Part shown: in pieces, positions 60,345 to 64,000 of the stretch
Position numbering within the stretch: position 1 is the stretch's first letter
Layout of the letters: each line of letters begins with the position of its first letter
NCBI GenBank assembly: GCA_041736175.1
Contig: JBGSUI010000069.1
Coordinates: 22,510 to 86,509 of the forward strand
Source of the DNA: Oligoflexales bacterium
GTDB taxonomy: Bacteria; Bdellovibrionota_B; Oligoflexia; Oligoflexales; CAIYRB01
Direction of reading: 5' to 3'
DNA length: 64,000 bases
The notes under the pieces: generated by a model
Told to the model about the DNA's origin: nothing
The model's database searches: none
The model's input: only the letters and a program-made list of their open reading frames with translations
Translations under genes and position numbers: made by a program

Positions 60345-61289
60345 TCAATGCTTGGGCGCGACATCACGGGTCCTCGCGCCGACGCTGGCACAGACGCGTT
60401 TGATAAAGGTGTCAGGACACGCGCCACATAGGGCTATAAACCGCGGGCTCATGACCCCGTCGTCAGGGCGCGGGGGCGCGGGAGCCCAGTTCTTTTGCGC
60501 AACGACATCGTTGAGGCTGGGTCCGTAGACCGGGTCATGGATACTCTGGATTTTTATACCCAAAGCCACCTCAGGATTATACTCATCGACAAAGCCGACC
60601 AGCTCGTTGTTCCCATTAAAAACGGGCGCTCCCTTGATGCTCGTGTCGGCCATAGTATGGCCGCCGGGTTGGGAGTTAGACATCATTTTTTCGGAGCCTT
60701 GTTCGGTTATATGCAAGTCACCAGTCACAGCAAGCTGGATGAAAGTGTTACCCTTCAACGCTGATATTACGAGTTGGTCTCCGGGGCGCGGACTTTGCGC
60801 CGACAGCTTGCTGCCCTCCTGGCACCTAAGTGACCTGAAGTCGAGCCCCTGCCAAGCGAAATATGAGAAACCGGTTGGTGAGTTACGTCGATATACGAAG
60901 GCCGGCCGGTTCCGAAGAATCAGGGTAAAGTCGCCGACTTTATTCCCTAATTCCGTCAGTTTGTCAGAAACTCTCACCAAGTTACCTTGATGAATGACAT
61001 CAGCATAAAGGTCGTACTGAATTTTGGAATTTTGGGTCGCTCTGCGCATCTGAACTTTCAAGTCGAAGGGCCTACTGGCACCACCATAACGCTCTCCCGG
61101 CGTCCAATAGTGGCATCGCAGAAGAATCGGGAAATGCTGCGACATGTTGAAATGGTCGGTACTTACAGAGCCGTCGACCCCGGTCGTCACTGTTTCCACC
61201 GTCTGAACCTTGGTTGCTGTTTGGGTTTTCAGATGACATCCGCCAAGTAATAGAAAGGCAACGACTCGTAGAGGAGTGAAAAGTGACAT
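60345..61289 (-). CDS. Hypothetical lipoprotein with degenerate trypsin-like C-terminal segment
   Basis: Lipobox LGGC; HTMADTSIKGAPVFNGNNELVGF. Confidence 0.6.
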   Translation of the reverse strand: MSLFTPLRVVAFLLLGGCHLKTQTATKVQTVETVTTGVDGSVSTDHFNMSQHFPILLRCHYWTPGERYGGASRPFDLKVQMRRATQNSKIQYDLYADVIHQGNLVRVSDKLTELGNKVGDFTLILRNRPAFVYRRNSPTGFSYFAWQGLDFRSLRCQEGSKLSAQSPRPGDQLVISALKGNTFIQLAVTGDLHITEQGSEKMMSNSQPGGHTMADTSIKGAPVFNGNNELVGFVDEYNPEVALGIKIQSIHDPVYGPSLNDVVAQKNWAPAPPRPDDGVMSPRFIALCGACPDTFIKRVCASVGARTRDVAPKH

Positions 61290-61349
61290 AGATAAAGCCC
61301 CATAGTTCCGTGTTAGTGTCCTTGAGCAATGCGCAGGTTCCTTCGTTTA

Positions 61350-61365
61350 TTCAAGATGTGTGCCA
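61350..61365 (-). promoter_or_regulatory. sigma54-like promoter (GA variant at -12)
   Basis: TGGCACACATCTTGAA upstream of the 61289 start. Confidence 0.5.
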
Positions 61366-61468
61366 TTGCAAAGGAGGCTCAATTCAGCGGGTTGCCATGA
61401 ACTCTGGTCGCGAAGACCTGCGCTGATGTTTGACGACTGTCGATAAACTAAAAGAATTTGATGGCCAT

Positions 61469-61535
61469 CGACCGTTACTGTTCAATGGCGCCTAGATTGG
61501 TAGCCTGGGAAACAGGAAAGTTCCATAAACTTTTA
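61469..61535 (+). repeat. 67-bp direct repeat, copy 2
   Basis: cgaccgttactgttcaatggcgcctagattggtagcctgggaaacaggaaa..., 1256 bp after copy 1. Confidence 0.95.
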
Positions 61536-61607
61536 TAAAGAGATCTAGAAAAAAAAAGCATTTTCCTATATATCTAGTGAGCTTTCAAAATCACAAAAAG
61601 GGAACCT

Positions 61608-62891
61608 ATGCCTAAGCTAGCCAAAATTCCTTGCACACTGTTGCCTTTTCTGGTCGTTTGTCTCTGTTTTTTGCAGATTTTTACCACGGGTTGTGAAAAT
61701 GCAAGTCCCACATCGAAAGCTCTCTTTGAAGATGGTTATGCTGTCAAATCGGGGGAGGAGATGCCCATTCAAACATTTAAAGAATGGTGTAAAGAGTGGC
61801 AGATAGACTGTGTGACGCGGCGGATCGGCAATCTCGGTGATAATTCTATTGACGAAAGTGTGCGGCGGACATTTAACAAAATATTTATTGAGTTTTTACA
61901 AAGCCCCTCAAAATTTGCAGTTTCCCGTGCCGATCTTGAAGCATCAGATCTTAAGCAGGGTTTAAAAGTCTTGGCCATCGATGGACTACTCACGCCCCTG
62001 GCGCGTCAGCTTGATCTAATAGGTTGGCAAGATGCTCGATTGTCAGGAAACATTTTGCAACTTGCATCAAAAGGTGGCGGTCGGTTGAGCGCAAAATCGG
62101 GGCTCCAACTTGGGATCAAACCAATAAGTTCTTTTGAGTTTCAAGTGGGAGATCGGATCGTCACCCGAGGTCTCACCTTAGGGACAGGTGATGGGGAGAG
62201 GGAGGTGCCTCTACGCGCCCTGCAGTACGATCCTAAACAGCCAGAGACCCTTATCGTCGAATTAGATGACCGTTCTATCGAAAAAGTGCCCGCATGGTTT
62301 GTGGCCCAGATGTTAGGCGAAATTTTTGGAATCGAAGATGCAACCCTCTTCAGCAAAACGACCGAGTCGAGTATGGGTGCCGTAAGTAGTCTGTTTCCAC
62401 TCCTAAACTGGTTGAATCAGCCCTCTCGAGTCCTATCGTTATCGCGCAAGTTTTTTAACAGAGCTGCCGATGAATTAGCGTTGATACCTACGGTCGACCC
62501 AGCACTTGTCAGTATCCTGAAATCACTTGAGAGCCTTCAAAGTAGCTCGAAAAATGACCAGAGTGCGATCAAGATCGTTCAAGTCCCAGATGCTGCTCTC
62601 CGTTGCAGTGCTAACGGTGGAATATTGGTTTTAAGTTTAGACGCTACTTTTGGTGTTAAACAGTTTTATTCTGTGGGCCAAAATGGGGTGGGGTTTGAGT
62701 TTTACGGTGTACGAGCTTCGTCCCAAAAGATATGGGGTTCTTTTGGAGTCAAACGAATCGAGCTGACGCCAGAAACTTATGCCATCCGCGACATACCTAT
62801 TATTGGAAAACTCGTATTCCCCTGGGGAGACATTGCGTCGGAGGGCGGTGGAGGACAGACATCTGTGGATTGCAGGAGTCCTATCCATTAG
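61608..62891 (+). CDS. Hypothetical lipoprotein
   Basis: Leader ending TTGC; 427-aa ORF. Confidence 0.65.
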   Translation: MPKLAKIPCTLLPFLVVCLCFLQIFTTGCENASPTSKALFEDGYAVKSGEEMPIQTFKEWCKEWQIDCVTRRIGNLGDNSIDESVRRTFNKIFIEFLQSPSKFAVSRADLEASDLKQGLKVLAIDGLLTPLARQLDLIGWQDARLSGNILQLASKGGGRLSAKSGLQLGIKPISSFEFQVGDRIVTRGLTLGTGDGEREVPLRALQYDPKQPETLIVELDDRSIEKVPAWFVAQMLGEIFGIEDATLFSKTTESSMGAVSSLFPLLNWLNQPSRVLSLSRKFFNRAADELALIPTVDPALVSILKSLESLQSSSKNDQSAIKIVQVPDAALRCSANGGILVLSLDATFGVKQFYSVGQNGVGFEFYGVRASSQKIWGSFGVKRIELTPETYAIRDIPIIGKLVFPWGDIASEGGGGQTSVDCRSPIH

Positions 62892-63069
62892 TTAAACACT
62901 GCAATGATCGTATATTTATGATAAACTTGCCTAGTTTAGGTTCAATATTTAAAACATTGAACAGTTTAGCTTTTGCGAAAGCTAGGGGTTAAGGTTCAAA
63001 GAATCCTATCCATTGAAAATGGTTTAAAATACTGGCCATTTGGACGATACTTTGAAGCTATTGCAAAGG

Positions 63070-63085
63070 TGGCTTGAAACTTGCA
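63070..63085 (+). promoter_or_regulatory. sigma54-like promoter
   Basis: TGGCTTGAAACTTGCA (GG-N10-GC), 52 bp before GTG 63138. Confidence 0.6.
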
Positions 63086-63137
63086 GGTACACTGTGAATT
63101 TGAAGTTGATTTAACAATTGCACAGGAGATTTCAACC

Positions 63138-63875
63138 GTGAAGTATTTTTCGTCATCGATGACTTCCTATAGCACTTTTAGTCTTTATCTCGGGCTGTTA
63201 ATCCACGGTTTCTGGGCTTTTGGGTGCCAAAAATCATCTGACCTCAATGAATCTGGGGGATCAAAACCAAACATGAATGCGGGTATTTCCAGCGACGCCT
63301 GTCGGGTGGACCAGGCTAAAATGCGCGAAAAATACCCTTTTGGGGTACGAAATGACCCAACCGTACCCAAAGTGCTGGTGGAAGGGTGTCGGGTCCCAGT
63401 ACCCTTTCAATCCACAAAGGTCCGCGTCTTAACCAAAGAGGAAATAAAAAAACGCCTTACTGATGAACAGATCCGTGCCGTAAACTACTATACAGAACAC
63501 CAGCTTTTTACAGAGATCACTATAGCCGCAGAAGGGTTGGGAAAATTTAAAATGCCTTGGGATTTCGAACCTCGATTTGTAAAAACTGCCGAGGAAATCA
63601 TACGCTCAATTGGTTTATTGGATCCATCCCCAGGCCGCATCTTTCGTGGAGTAGACGACGTATCACCGGCTGACCTTAAAGAATACGTAAACGCCTTGGA
63701 GACAAACAAACCCATCCAACTTGGTCGTAAATGCGTGAAATGGTGTAGCGCAACCCGCAACCCCCGTGTCGCCAGTTTTTATGCAAACCATTGTGGCTCG
63801 ACGATTCGTTATGCTGCGGTTTTTGTCATCGACCAAAAATCAGCCCGATCCATCGAATCGATTTGGGTGCAGTAG
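63138..63875 (+). pseudogene. Lipoprotein with R-S-E type ADP-ribosyltransferase domain, apparently C-terminally truncated
   Basis: SD CAGGAG plus GTG; lipobox AFGC; AVNYYT, IFRGV, CSAT, VASFY, VFVI; stop before an ExE motif. Confidence 0.6.
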
Positions 63876-64000
63876 TTTTTTTACAATGATTTTCTGATGA
63901 ATTTCATTGAGTTAGAGAATTTCTTTACATGATTTCTACAAAACTCCTGCTCAATATGATATTTCCAATAGGCATCAAGGTCGTTGCTTTTAAGGATTGA

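Noticed and set aside
63081..63137. TTG start for the ART-like ORF
   Set aside because: The TTG is part of the sigma54 -12 box; an SD and GTG are at 63123-63140.
1..64000. Numerous short overlapping or antisense ORFs in the six-frame track; rRNA/tRNA genes
   Set aside because: The short ORFs shadow well-supported genes and lack motifs; no rRNA or tRNA signature was seen by eye.

Overview
Bacterial chromosomal window. The many orphan Cys-lipoproteins, secreted proteases and sigma54-type promoters suggest a Bdellovibrionota/Oligoflexia-like organism (inference). Housekeeping and metabolic genes: thrS (3' part), metG, a CCA-adding enzyme, ettA, ppc, two FAD-less molybdo-hydroxylase pairs, an 8-oxoguanine deaminase-like gene and an M16 peptidase pair. 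These alternate with accessory patches: AAA+DUF4143, a serine resolvase with res-like sites, higBA, an integrase remnant and a truncated ADP-ribosyltransferase. The main find is at 46.0-60.2 kb. A flagellar-type MotA/MotB stator pair is transcribed divergently from a tightly coupled 11-gene envelope operon. That operon encodes a single membrane protein that looks like a minimal FliF-ring/FliG-rotor fusion, plus lipoproteins, TPR-like proteins, outer-membrane barrels and a TonB-C/AgmX-like protein. No flagellar export, rod, hook or switch genes are nearby, so this is a candidate non-flagellar ion-driven rotary machine. A 67-bp direct repeat duplicating the operon's 3' end brackets a one-gene cassette. 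All family calls come from motifs recognised by eye; no searches were run.
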